From assembly GCA_964016885.1 (NCBI GenBank), contig OZ024740.1, positions 244,714,001 through 244,778,000 of the forward strand: a stretch of 64,000 nucleotides of DNA. Reading direction: 5' to 3'. Below the pieces are notes generated by a model. It was not told where the DNA came from. It searched no databases and saw only the letters and a list, made by a program, of their open reading frames with translations. Shown piece by piece: positions 42,190-56,315 of this stretch; position 1 is the first letter of the stretch, and every line of letters begins with the position of its first letter. Position numbers and translations under genes: made by a program. The stretch is from Eledone cirrhosa (taxonomy: Eukaryota).

Positions 42190-43716
42190 CCCCCTGCCTG
42201 CGTCACCCGGAGGATTCCATGCTGCAAATGTGCATCTTCTCTGGTGTCTGCAGGTCATGATAATTTCATCCTTCAGTCTGACTATCTCCATGTCCTCGTG
42301 TAGGCACAGTCGGCACTTTCTACTTCCGACCGAATATGCCCTCCCGTGGCGAACGATACTCCATTCCAGGGTGTACGAAGTGCCTTGGTCTTCAGGTCCC
42401 ACACCAGGTCCGCTAACCTAGTGGAGTGCCTTTTGCTACGGCCCCTGAAGGAATTCGTATGATTATACATCCGCGATTTAAAGGTCGTGGATGTTGCGCC
42501 GATGTAGGTGCGATGCGCGTTTTGGGTTGTAACCACACACTTGTATATTAAGTCCTTCATCAGGCATTTTCCCTGTAGGGGGCACCTGTTCCCGCTCTAC
42601 AGTTACAAGTTCTGCTGTCAGTTCTTATGCATCCGATGTCCGGGCCTCGGTCTGTTATGGCCCTCTCAAGGTTCTCAGGGTGTTGTACCGCCGACACAGT
42701 TGTCTCCCCCATGCCACTGTTTCCCTCTCTGTGTTGGACCATACCGCCCTCCGAGGGCGCTCTGGTCGCCTCGGGGGCCGGGTTATCATTTGAGGGCAGG
42801 TCACTGGTTGGTTCTCCGCGCTCCGAAAGACGGTCACTCTGTCGCCGCGGTTGACGGCCAGTGTGCACCATCTTCACCGTGTTAATTTTAGCCATGTAGT
42901 CGGCCATATTAGGCGCTGTGGAGAAGGAAAATTTCACCGTGTGGCGGTTGAAGATTTTATGGTATTTGTTTGTCGGCGGAAAGCACTCATCTAGCGCTCG
43001 GAAGAAAAGTCCTGGCACGTTGGTGCGTACATGTTTGGAGGAAGGCGCATTAAACCAGGTAACGGCCTTAGATCTGTTCCTTCTTGTGCTTGGATTCTTG
43101 TTGGTATGTCCAGGACTCGATGTCCGTCCAGTGCTCGGCCCAACCACAGTTTCTTCCCGTGTGTTGTCTCTGTCTATTTGCACGCTAAGTGCGTCGGGTT
43201 ATGCTCTACAGTTATAAAGTTACGTTGTTCTATGTGGTCATCTATACGTCTATTCCCCTTAGGTCTATGTGATGCTGTTGTCGGTGCTATAGCACTAGAA
43301 CCAGGCTGGTCGTGCTCGTGGCGTGTGCCCCGTTCGTTTTTGTCGAAGTCCTGTCCGTGGTCCCAGTTGGCGCGGAGTATGCAGTGTGCGTGCGAGGCCC
43401 ATGACTCCGCGTATTGGGTGATCTGGCTCCTATGGGTGCCTTAGTCTTACCTCGGGTCTGTCCTGTGTCATTAATGCTAGTTGTGTTGTTGTTTGTGTTC
43501 CTGGATACTGCTACCGGGCCAATTCTCCTACCTATGGAGGCGCCCTCGCTATTGGCATATCACTAGGCTCTACTCTTTCCGGGGTATATATTATGGTGCC
43601 TTTGTAACCGGCCCTACGCAGTGCCTCATTATAATATTTGGCGTGCTGTTTAAACACTTCTGCGTTCGACGACAGGGTGGATACGCGTTTGGATACCCCT
43701 TTAACTATGGCTTCTA
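42190..43716 (-). pseudogene. PLE ORF remnant: RT thumb, linker and GIY-YIG endonuclease (probably Hydra-group)
   Basis: IVKGVSKRVSTLSSNAEVFKQHAKYYNEALRRAGY; WFNAP..TNVPGLFFRALDECFP..KIFNRHTVKFSFS; LIYKC..YIGATSTTFKSRMYNH; WSIV..CRLCLHE..TCRH; frameshifts. Confidence 0.93.
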
Positions 43717-43898
43717 TGGCAGGAAAGGAGTGGAAGTAGGGGTTTTTTAGGGTGTTTTTTGACGACCCGTGTGGCGGTAGATACTGACCAGAACTTATGA
43801 TGACGTGGAGTAAAAACAGCCAATGGCATGACAAGAGTGGAAGTAGGGTTTTTTGATGATAACACCCCAGTGATAAAATTTGCTCCTAACGAAATACT

Positions 43899-43988
43899 CG
43901 TGTCTGAATGAACCTGCAGAAGTAGAATCAGCAGATCCATACAAGGACCACGTCTCGAGCTACCTGCCGGAGAAACAATTGTAACACG
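43899..43988 (+). ncRNA. Hammerhead with an 8-nt core and long stem II
   Basis: CGTGT-CTGAATGA-ACCTGCAGAAGTAG..CTACCTGCCGGA-GAAAC-AATT-GTA-ACACG; perfect stem I, palindromic ACAATTGT. Confidence 0.72.
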
Positions 43989-44034
43989 CAATACATTAAG
44001 TCCAGATGCATCACTGATTTTTCGTTTTCTTTAT

Positions 44035-44726
<692 letters not shown>

Positions 44727-45332
44727 ATATATATATATATAGTTCTTTGTTCCTTCTTTCTTTTTTCTCTGTCCTTTTTCTATCGTACGTTTTTTTTTCA
44801 TTCTTCCAATTGTCTTCCATCCGAAATTTGACATCGATAAGAACGAGCACCAACACATTTTATGATTAGAAACTTCCTTATTCCAATAAATGTATTCATA
44901 CACAACCCATAAAAAGACTGGATGGTCGAGACTGGAACGCCTTTGATTATTTATCTATTCGATCAGGGCTGACTTGTGTCTACAACAATAACAACAACAG
45001 CTCAGCTTATGAACCATTTCCAGTAACTATTTTTTTTCTAAGAATCTTTTCCGTCTTACACTAATTTGTTTTATTCTACAACAACAACAACAACAACAAC
45101 AATCAAAATGTTTCTCTTTCTTCTGTCAACGTGTTGTCACTGTTGTTTTGCTTGTGCTGACCTAGGATCAAAGGTGCTCCAGCTGTGTCCATCCTATCTT
45201 TTCCCCCTAAAATATATGTAAGGTACCACTGACTACATTATCCAATATGCCTCTTTTTTAAACAGAAAGATACGTTTCGAGAGAGATTTGTCTTCCATTT
45301 CTCGCAGCTCGTTAGGTTAGTGTTAGCATTGG

Positions 45333-45510
45333 CCTTCTTCTTCTTCTTCTTCTTCTTCTTCTTCTTCTTCTTCTTCTTCTTCTTCTTCTTCTTCTTCTTC
45401 TTCTTCTTCTTCTTCTTCTCCTCCTCCTCCCTCTTCTTCTTCTTCTTCTTCTTCTTCTTCTTCTTCTTCTTCTTCTTCTTCTTCTTCTTCTTCTTCTCCT
45501 CCTCCTCCTA
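45333..45510. repeat. (TTC)n/(CTC)n microsatellite
   Basis: Directly visible. Confidence 0.98.
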
Positions 45511-46084
45511 CTTCACCTTTTCCCCCCTTCGATATATTTTATGATGCGTGAGTTCTAAAGTTGATTTCTAAGAACCAAAAATGTCTGTCTGGCCGTTAAA
45601 ACAATCGTCAATGATGATTAATGCAACAGATAAAGAAAAAACATCTATTTTTAAGTTAAAGCATTCCATTGAAATATTTCCCCTTTTGACTTTTATATCA
45701 GATCTTCTTCCTCGTTTTCCCATCGTGCTTCCATTTCCACCCCATTTCTTCCCCTTTACTCTTGACTTTGCTGTATCACTCCTTCTCATCATTTCATTCA
45801 TTATATGAGATCGTTTTATATGGTCTCAGTGTGTGTCTGTGTTTCCTCTGTAAATATAATAAATACATTCCCACTACATCTCAGACGTCCCTCACACCTT
45901 CACTTTATTAGCTACCAATTCCCTAATAAAATAAATTAAAAAAGGAATAAGAAAATGTTCTGCATTTCATTATCTTTGACAATCTGTTTCCTGTGTATAT
46001 TGTATTTGATGTTTACTTCTTTCGTCCATTTTATTCTGGTTTATTGTTTCACGCGCTCCTACAAACATACACACGCACACACAC

Positions 46085-46171
<87 letters not shown>

Positions 46172-46399
46172 CAACGCGATCAGTCGCATATTTTGGTGTG
46201 GGAGACTATTTATTAAATTTAAGATGAATACTATCTCCGAGAGTAATGCCACAGCTACAGTCATGTTGAATAACTGGTTATTCTTCTAACTATATCTTCT
46301 GAAGACACCTTTTATTCGTAAAGGTATCCGACTAAATACATAATTCATTTTACAATGATTTGCTACAAACAGCATGGCTGAACACAACATCAACAACAA

Positions 46400-49300
46400 A
46401 ATTAAGGAAGTATCGAAGACAAACAACGAGAAAGGTAAACAAACTTTATTCGATTGTAGCTACAGAAGAAACCGAAATTATAAATCGCATTAATAATCCG
46501 AAATTAATGATGATTTATTTAATTGTTATAAAATGGCAAAAAACAATCCCTCCATTGGCTATATGAACAGAATGAAGCTACACTGGGACGAAATGCACCC
46601 AGAGCTAACTTATTTGACAGCGAAACAATTACGCCAACTAGCGACGTTAGTTGAGCGTAAAAATAAGATAAATATTATTAATTGTAAGTCCCACACAACA
46701 AACATGGGATCAACAACACGTGCTACAGGTCGCCATGCTACTAGACTTCCTAGCAGCCAGGTCGAACAGTGCCATGAAACAACTATGCCTGTAAGAAACT
46801 TGACACCACGTGTACCATCTAAGTCTACCTCGAATGCTGGGGAAAACACTATCGATATTAATAATAATCGAAGAAATAATAATAATAAGAAGAAGAAGAA
46901 ATTTGACACCACGTGTATCATCCGAGTCTACCTCGACTGTTGTAGAACATACTATCGATAATGATAATAATCAAAAGTATAAACAATTGAAAATTTCCCT
47001 CAACGAAATCTTCCAGAGAGAAATTAATTAATGTATAAATATCTCTCTTGCTGAACGTATTAAAACGACAATATTTAATAAAAAACCAAATAATGAAATA
47101 TTACGTGTTATTGACGAAATAGCGGATGAATATTTAAGACGGATAAAAACCCCAACATTTTGGCAAATCAACGCATGTTTATATGCCTTAGCAACGACAG
47201 TGAAGCACTATCTTGGTGATAGCAGAGATATTAACAAGAACAAAACACCACCAATAATACCACCATATATAACTAAAATAGAAAAAAAGATTGCTGACCT
47301 ACGAAAAACCATAGGATATGTGACAATGCTCCTTACATGCAAACAAACACAAAAAGCCTCACTTCTCACCAACAAAGAGTGAAAAATGAAATAGAGACGA
47401 TGTTTGGTAACAGTAGAACCAGAACTCTTCAATATGAGCTGATCACCCTCAAACAAGAATTGAGAGCTGTTAGTGAAAAACGCCGATACCTGAAGAGGGT
47501 AGATCAGAGAAAAGTGCTTACTAAAAGATTCAGACGAAACCAAACATCAGTCTATAGAGATATGAAGAACAAAATAATAAGTGTCACTGAGGCCCCATCC
47601 CAGAAAGACATAGATTCCTTTTGGAGAAAAATATGGGGTGAAAAGAAGAATTTCAACCAAGATGCAGTGTGGCTAAAAGAAATCCGAAAGAACTATTGCT
47701 CCTACACTACAACAAAAATATACGAAATAAGTGAGGGTACCCTTGAGACTGTGATAGGAAAATTCCAAGATAAGAAAACACCAGGAAGAGACATGATTGT
47801 CGGCTACTGGTACAAAAAAACTGATATTCTATCGGAGGTATCTTACTGACCTCTACCAACAAGTTCTTAAGGGAGATACACTTATATCAGAATCGTTGAC
47901 ATTAGCACAAACATGACTGGTCCCCAAGAACAAAGACTCCCACTTGGCAAAAAACTACCGACCCATTGCATGCCGGAACCTGATGTATAAGATGTATACA
48001 GCCTCCCTGAACCTATTCCTCCAAGATCACTGTGAAAATAATAACATCATCACAGATGAACAAGCAGCTGGAAAGAAAGGGGTTTGGGGATGTGCTGAAC
48101 AACTCCTAATCAACAAAACTGCGATGTCGGGGGTGCGACAACTTAGGAGGAATATGGCTACAGTCTGGTTGGACTACAGGAAAGCTTTCGATTCTGTTCC
48201 CCACTCTTGGTTGATAGAGGCCCTTCAACTTGCTAAAGTCCTAGACATTATTGTCAGAGCCATAGAGAGGCTGTCTTCTTCTTGAGCTACTATCCTAAGG
48301 GAGGACTCTATTTTCACTGATAAAATAAAATATCGCAGGGGTATATTTGCGGGAGACAGTCTCTCAGGGATATTATTCATCCTGTCATTAAACCCCTTGT
48401 CCTTTCTGCTCAAGAAATGTGAAGGATACATCATTGGCTCACAGGGGGACATAAATACGAACCTAAACCATTATTTATTTGTGGATGATCTAAAACTCTA
48501 TGCCAAGAACATGGACGGGATGAAGAAAAATCTTGACCTGGTTACAACGTTCTCAAAGGATATAGGAATGGAGTTTGGCCAAGATAAATGCTCATATACG
48601 ATAGTAAAGCGGGGAAAAACAACAACCCAATCTAGCAACATTACCATCAATGGTCTAACTGTTTCACCGATATCTGATGAGGACTGCTACAGATACCTGG
48701 GGATAGATGAGAACATATCCTATAATGGTATCTGTAATAAAGAACGCGTAACCAGGGAATACTACACCCGATTAAGAGAGATCTGGTCATCGGAACTCTC
48801 TGCCTAAAACAAAACAGTGGCTCACAATGTGTTTGCTGTGTCTGTCCTAACACCAACGTTTGGAATACTCAATTGGACGATAGACGAAATCCGAGCAGTT
48901 GTTGTTGGAACTCGAAAAATACTAAACATCAACAGTGACATAGACCGCCTTTACTTGAAACGTAAGCAGGGAGGCAGAGGCCTAACATCAGTCCAGACAG
49001 CATTTGAATGTCGCATCGTAGCCCTCCGACAACATCTACGAACCTCGAAGTGTAGGAGCCCGTCTCTCGAGAGTTGGGAAGGAACTCCTCGAGAGATATT
49101 CCCTGTGTGATAATCAAAAACTCACACCCAGGGAAGTCGCACAGCAGTATTGCAGTGAATCCATGGATGAAAAACTGCATGCTTATCAGCAAAAAATCAT
49201 GCACGGATATGTTGCATGGAAGCTCCAGAGTGAGAGTAATATAGATAAGGAAAGTTGTCTATCTTGAACCAACAACCGCTTTATTGGCTCCCATTTTGAA

Positions 49301-49735
49301 GATACGCTTTTGCAATCCAAGAACAGGAAATTAACACGAAATACCTGATTCACAAAAGAGATAGGGATGCAGGCAAAACACCTAGATGTGATAACAAGTG
49401 CAGATTCTGCAGAACTAACATCGAAGATATCACCCATGTCATCATCAGCTGTCCAAAGATGTCATCGCGGTACTCTCTACCTATGAGGCATGATGTAGTG
49501 GCCAAAACACTGTACAATGCAGTTCGTAAAAAAGATAGCCCCGATAATAAACACATTAAAAGCTACAACAACGTGGAAGACATCCATGTACATAATATGA
49601 AAGAGTACTGGTGGAATGTTCCAGTAAAAACCCCAATAAAATGCAGGCATAACAGACCAGATGTTATGATATGAGACAAGAAGAAAGCATGCACAGTAGT
49701 GGAAATTAGCTGCCCAGCAGATGCCAATATAATAT
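46400..49735 (+). pseudogene. R4/Dong-like non-LTR retrotransposon (RT, CCHC finger, RLE endonuclease), decayed and 3'-truncated
   Basis: NYRPIAC, EQAAGKKG, WLDYRKAFDSVPHSWL, RGIFAGDSLS, LFVDDLKLY, YRYLG, RLYLKRKQGGRGL, CRFC..EDITHVIISC, RHDVVAK, HNRPDV..VEISCP; several stops and frameshifts. Confidence 0.92.
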
Positions 49736-50062
49736 CATGCATGCATACATAATCTACCTAGTTGAAGTTGTGTAAATTCCAATGAGAGATTATTGTGTCT
49801 ATGTTAGAAACCGACTCTCTCTTTATTTGGAAAAAAATTAGTGAAATTATAAAACCAGAAGTACATACATACGTATATATGTATGTTTATATGTATGTAT
49901 GTCTGTATTTATGTATGTATGTATGTTTATATGTATGTATGTATTTATGTATGTATGTTTATATGTATATATGTAAGTATATATGTATGTATATATTATT
50001 ATTATTGTTATTAATGTATATGTGTGTATGTATATATATATGTGTGTATATATGTATATGTA

Positions 50063-50123
<61 letters not shown>

Positions 50124-50145
50124 CTATTAATTTTTTTTTTCCTCC

Positions 50146-50560
50146 TCGTGCAATGGCAATACTCGATAACGAGGGGGCAGCCATCATATATGTATGTATG
50201 CGCTTGGACATGGAAATACTCGGTTTGATGCACGAGCGCGTGGACAGCCCACTGGTTAGGACAGGAAAATGTTAATGTAAGACCTGCGAGTCATGACAGC
50301 CAATGTTGTTCAGAGAGTGGGATTGGTTCAGTGTAAGGCCTTTCTTCACTTACAAAAGGTTCAAGCACTTGATCTAAACGACTTTCATGCGTGTTGCGTG
50401 AGCATGGCCTATCTATTTTCTTTCGCTGCAGCATATGCAGAAAGGGATCTGGGTCTCTGGCAGAGCTAAAAGGTCATGTTCATGACACTCATGCACGAGA
50501 AAGTTGTCGTGGGATGACAATTCTCGAAACAGAGATGCTGCCATTATGTATGTACGTATT
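50146..50560 (+). mobile_element. RTE 3' tail plus a second RTE-like 3' fragment with a C2H2 finger
   Basis: GCAATGGCAATACTCGATAACGAGGGGGCAGCCATC; FRCSICRKGSGSLAELKGHVHDTH followed by a related tail and (TGTA)n. Confidence 0.7.
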
Positions 50561-50618
50561 TATGTACGTATGTATGTATTTATGTATGACGTATTTATGT
50601 ATGTATGTGTGTTGAATA

Positions 50619-50649
<31 letters not shown>

Positions 50650-50974
50650 GTGTATGTATATGTGTGTATATACATCACTCAGTCAAACGACCAGATTTCA
50701 ACCCCAACATCTACAACAACAACACCGGCACTAATGTTTACAGCAACAACAGCTTCAGAATGAATTGAAATGAACATTTACAACAACAGCGACATCAAAC
50801 GATAAAAGAAAAAAAGAAAAAAGAAAAAAAGAAACAAAGAAACAAACAAAAAAAACTCAAAATAACAAAACACACACACACACGCGCACAGCACAACAAC
50901 AACATCAACTGCCACCACCACCACCGCCGCCATCACCATCAACTGGGCCTTAAGAAAACAACTTTAATAATAAT

Positions 50975-52185
50975 TTTTCTGCTTTTGGATACAGCAACCT
51001 TGATAGTGAAATCTCACTTAGGATTAGGAAAGCAAGTAATGCTTTCGGAAAGCTAGAAAGGCGACTCTGAGTCGGCGAGACATATGCAAGAAGACAAAGG
51101 TAAAGGTGTACAAGGCATGTGTGCTCTCTTCTCTTCTTTATGCCTGCGAGACCTGGGTCACATATCGACACTACCTTAAGCAATTGGAGCGTTTCCATCA
51201 GATGTGTCTCAGACGGATCCATGGCGTTCACTGGAGAGACCACATCAGTGATATCGAGATTTTGGAAAGCTCTATGTGTGACAGTATAGAAGCTCTTGTG
51301 CTTAAGCAACGACTCCGTTGGAGTGGTCACCTTGCCAGGATGAAGCATTCTAGAATACCAAAGCAACTCTTTTATGGAGAGTTAGTTAAAGGAAAACGAC
51401 CGCCACACAAACCAAAAAAGAGGTATAAGGATTCCTTGAAAGCTTCTTTGAAAGATGCTAACATCTCTGCTGATACATGGGAAAATATTGCTGCTGATTG
51501 TAATAAATGGAGAAAGACTGTATATGAGGGAAAAGTTGCCTTTGAGGCATCTCGAATCGCATACGAGAAAGTAAAGCGGGATGTGAGGAAGGGCATTGCT
51601 GTTGCACTTCCAGACGGAGAGGGTCCTCCTATGGTGCTGACATGCAGCGTCTGTGCGAGACTCTGCCTAAGCAAAGCTGGACTTGAATGTCATCTTCGCA
51701 GTCATAAAGTAAGACCAGTGGTTGACTACCAGGCTGCTGTTGGAGATGCTACTCATCATGCTTGCCAAGCATGTGGTAGAGAATGTAAATCAGCAGGAGG
51801 GCTCAAGCGACATGCAAAAGTACACGAACTCCAACCACAGCCGGCTATTCCCAGTGAATGTTTTGGTTGCCGACTCTGTGCAAGACATTTTAGATTATTG
51901 GCTGGGCTAAAAAGCCACATTCGATCGCAGCGCTGTTAGTTGCTATCGTGTGTGTGTGTGTATAGATATTTTATGTGTGTGCGTGTGTGTGTATATATAT
52001 GTATATGTATATTATTATTGTTGTTGTTGTCGTTATTATTATTGTTGTTATTATTATTATTATTGTTGTTATTAATATATATGTATATATATGTATATAT
52101 ATACATTTTGTTTCTCGTGCAATGGCCATACTCGATAACGAGGGGGCAGCCATCGTGTATGTATGTATGTATGTATGTATGTATG
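50975..52185 (+). mobile_element. 5'-truncated RTE-clade LINE with three C-terminal C2H2 zinc fingers (ORF 51106-51939)
   Basis: RIRKASNAFGKL, YKACVLSSLLYACETW, RLRWSGHLARM, PKQLFYGEL, PKKRYKDSLK; CxxC..LxxH three times; (TGTA)n tail. Confidence 0.93.
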
Positions 52186-52187
52186 CA

Positions 52188-54085
52188 TGTAACCTGTATC
52201 CCAGTACAACCTGTCTCATGGTCGGGTCGTTGGCGGCTAAACTGGCAGCCCCACCAAGGTTTCTTGGTGAGGAGGGTGACTTTGGACATCCTGCAGGACT
52301 AAAAACAAAACCTGTCAAAGGGCAAAGGAGCTCTTAAGAGTCAATGGCCATCCAAAATCACCGGGAGAGATGACCCCTTAGCCTTTGTCAAGGCAGAATT
52401 CTAGGAGAAGGAAAACTCTGATATAACACCTGCAACCCTGATGGTATCCAATGATGTTGACTTGTTCTTCTTTTTGGCTTTGTGCAGTGCCTTTGCTCAC
52501 TATAAAAGCTTCACGGCACAGGCATTGCTTTATATCTGGAGATCTCTCTGCACTTGTCGTCACATGGTACCATGGGCCCAGCACTATGTGTCAATAATTG
52601 TCACAAGTGTAGTGTTTGTACCAGAGTTTTCAAGTCGCTGGCTGGACTAAAAAGTCACACTCGTTCAGTGCATCGGTAGGGGTTCTCCTACATGGATATA
52701 AAGTAGTGGCCGTACTCGAAAACGAATTGGCAGCCACCATGTATGCATGTATGTATGTATGTATGTATGTATGTATGTATGTATGTATGTATGTATGTCA
52801 GATCACCAGTTGGAGCTACTGGTAACATGTATCCCAGTACAACATGTCTCATGGTCGGGTCGTTGGCGACTAAACTGTCAACCCCACCAAGGTTTCTTGG
52901 TGAGGAGGGTGACTTTGGACATCCTGCAGGACTAAAAGCAATACCTGTCAAAAGGCAAAGGAGCTCTTAATTGTCAATGGCCATCCAAAATCACCGGGAG
53001 AGATGACCCCTTAGCCTTTGTCAAGGCAGAATTCTAGAAGGAAAACTCTGATATAACACCTGCAACCCTGATGGTATCCAATGATATTGACTTGTTCTTC
53101 TTTTTGGTAAATATCATCTTGGTTAAGAGAGTGAGACTGGCTTTCTGCAGTACCTTTGCTCACTATAAAAGCTTCACGGCACAGGCATTGCTTTATATCT
53201 GGAGATCTCTCTGCACTTGTCGTCACATGGTACCGTGGGCCCAGCACTATGTGTCAATAATTGTCACAAGTGTAGTGTTTGTACCAGAGTTTTCAAGTCG
53301 CTGGCTCGACTAAAAAGTCACATTCGTTCAGCGCATCGGTAGGGGTTCTTCTACATGGATATAAAGTAGTGGCCGTACTCGAAAACGAGTTGGCAGCCAC
53401 CATGTATGTATGTATGTATGTATGTATGTATGTATGTATGTATGGTGCTACTGGTAACATGTATCCCAGTACAACCTGTCTCATGGTCGGGTCGTTGGCG
53501 ACTAAACTGGCAACCCCACCAAGGTTTCTTGGTGAGGAGGGTGACTTTGGACATCCTGCAGGACTAAAAACAAAACCTGTCAAAGGGCAAAGGAGCTCTT
53601 AAGAATCAATGGCCATCCAAAATCACTGGGAGAGATGACCCCTTAGCCTTTGTCAAGGCAGAATTCTAGGAGAAGGAAAACTCTGATATAACACCTGCAA
53701 CTCTGATGGTATCCAATGATGTTGACTTGTTCTTCTTTTTGGTAAATATCATCTTGGTTAAGAGAGTGGGACTGGCTTTGTGCAGTGCCTTTGCTCACTA
53801 TAAAAGCTTCACGGCACAGGCATTGCTTTATATCTGGAGATCTCTCTGCACTTGTCGTCACATGGTACCATAGGCCCAGCACTATGTGTCAATAATTGTC
53901 ACAGGTGTAGTGTTTGTACCAGAGTTTTCAAGTCGCTGGCTGGACTAAAGTCACATTCGTTCAGTGCATCGGTAGGGGTTCTCCTACATGGATATAAAGT
54001 AGTGGCCGTACTCGAAAACGAGTTGGCAGCCACCATGTATGTATGTATGTATGTATGTATGTATGTATGTATGTATGTATGTTTA
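52188..54085 (+). mobile_element. Three tandem copies of an about 620-640-bp non-autonomous RTE-derived element
   Basis: Units at about 52188, 52810 and 53443; each has GAAGGAAAACTCTGA, a final finger CSVCTRVFKSLAGLKSH, an RTE-type tail and (TGTA)n. Confidence 0.88.
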
Positions 54086-54459
54086 TATGTATGTATGTAT
54101 GTATATATGTATGTATGTAAATATGACTATAAGTCTATTTACTTCTCGGCAGAACTGTTCTGCTAGAAAACGGGCGGCAGGTGGGGGATAGTGATACAAC
54201 CACGATATATGATGGTTAGTTGCGATATAAGCGGGCTCCTGCCGGACAAATAAGCTACTCTGGACCAACAGCGGTAAACTACTAGGGGTGAAGAAGCAAT
54301 GAGTGACACTGTTAGCTCCCAAGAAAACTTTCACAACCCAGCGATGTAGCTACGACGAGGCAAGTAAACGCCGCCTCTGAATAAAAGTGCCATATTGTTG
54401 ACTGGCGTGATGTTACAGGATAGATATAGTCGGAGTTTCCTCAACAAAGTTACGATCTG

Positions 54460-54712
54460 CTAACCCTAACACTAAACATAATCCTTATACTAACCCAAAC
54501 CATAACCCTAACCATAACCATAACCATAACCATAACCCTAACGCTAAGCCGAACGCTAAATTTAAACCTAACATGAAACCAAACCATAAACATAAACCTA
54601 ACTCTCATTTTATCCCTAACCCTAACCCTAACCCTAACCCTAGCTCTAGGTTAAGGCCTAGTCGTAATACTAACCCTAAACTTATACCTAAACCTAACCT
54701 TAATTCTAACCC
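54460..54712. repeat. Degenerate interstitial telomere-like (TAACCC)n tract
   Basis: CCCTAACCCTAACCCTAACCCTAACCC with CCATAA variants. Confidence 0.85.
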
Positions 54713-54719
54713 GACTTTG

Positions 54720-55495
54720 GATGGTAACAGGCTGCCTTACCCGTTAAAATCGGTGGCCATGGTATCCAGTCTCCGGTCTCAGGAGAGTACTGCCAAAATG
54801 TGTATGCTTGCTTCGTTGAGCTCGAAAAGGCGTATGACCGCGTTGCATGGGATGCGTTGTGGAGGATTCTGCAGGGGTATGGGACAGCTTGTTCCCTTGG
54901 TGTCTCCATGCGAATGTCTAAGTTGAAACCGTTCTATGTAGGTGTTAGATTTCGCCAAGGGTGTGTACTGTCACCTCTCCCGTTCATAATCTTCATGAAC
55001 AGGATTGACATGCACAGGCCGGTTGGAAGTGATATCAAGACTGATGGGTGTAGGATTAGTTGGCTGCAATTTGCGGACAACATGACATTACTTAACCATT
55101 ACCTTTTGTCATGAATACGAAAGAATACGATCACGAATACAAGCGGTCGAAATGGGATTCCTCCAAAGTGTTATTCGTTGGAGTGTGGAGCTCGGATATC
55201 AGGGAATCGATCCAGGTGAAACCGCTACTTCTCCGAATTGAGAGATCACAGCTTCGATACTACAGACATGTGGTTAGAATATCTAGGAAATAATTGCTGG
55301 ACAGATTTTACAGGCAAAATCAGACGGCAGGAGATCCAAGGCTAGCAAGATGGTTGAATAAAAATCATGAGCTCGACTGGTCACGCCTGGGGATCCAACC
55401 GGATCAATTGGTGACAGTTGCTTCTGACAGGATCCGCTAGAAGGCGTGCTTAAGAACTTTTCCCTACGAACTCTGCCCAGGAATAAGTGGGCGGA
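54720..55495 (+). pseudogene. Heavily deleted RTE/RTE-X-like LINE with a (GAA)n tail
   Basis: CFVELEKAYDRV, RQGCVLSP, LQFADN, IERSQLRYYRHVVRI; CCCAGGAATAAGTGG then (GAA)n. Confidence 0.85.
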
Positions 55496-55851
55496 GAAGA
55501 AGAAGAAGAAGAAGAAGAAAAAGAAAAAGAAGAAGAAGAAGAAGAAGAAGAAGAAGAAGAAGAAGAAGAAGAAGAAGAAGAAGAAGAAGAAGAAGAAGAA
55601 GAAGAAGAAGAAATAGAAGAAGAAGAAGAACAACAACAACAACAACAACAACAACAAGTCTATTGACGTATATATGTATGTTTGACTATAAATCTATCTA
55701 TGTATATGTATAATTATATATACATGTGTGTGTGTGCGTGTGTGTGTGTCATGTTACTTTAGTCCGAAGATCAAGTAGACCAGTCATATATTACAGATGT
55801 CAATACAAAAAGAAAAAAAATGTGAAATTTGTGAAATTATAAAACCAGAAG

Positions 55852-55903
55852 AACATACATGTATGATGGCTGCCCCCTCGTCATCGAGTATGGCCATTGC
55901 ACG
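55852..55903 (-). mobile_element. RTE 3' tail fragment
   Basis: Reverse complement of GCAATGGCCATACTCGATGACGAGGGGGCAGCCATC. Confidence 0.8.
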
Positions 55904-56242
55904 TTATAACATTATTAAAAGTTTTCAATTAATGCTATCGTGCAATGCCTATGCGTAAAGATATTTTTAAAGTGAGGAAAGACTGCACTGAGCCAATTTC
56001 ACACTCTGGGCGACACTAGCTATAATCCGAAAAGAAGAATAGATCAACATCATCGGTAACTACTGAGCAGCAGGTGCTATGTCAGAGTTATCCCAGTTTC
56101 CTGAGTTGCCTTCTCCGAATTGAGAGATCACAGCTTCACGCACACGCACACGCACACACACGCGCGCGCGCGCGCACAAACGTATATATAGAGATAGATA
56201 GAGATATATACATGCATACATATATGTCTTTATCTGACTAGG

Positions 56243-56294
<52 letters not shown>

Positions 56295-56315
<21 letters not shown>

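Noticed and set aside
46289-46335. CTGAAGA plus hairpin upstream of the Dong-like element as a ribozyme
   Set aside because: No GAAA, stem III or stem I.
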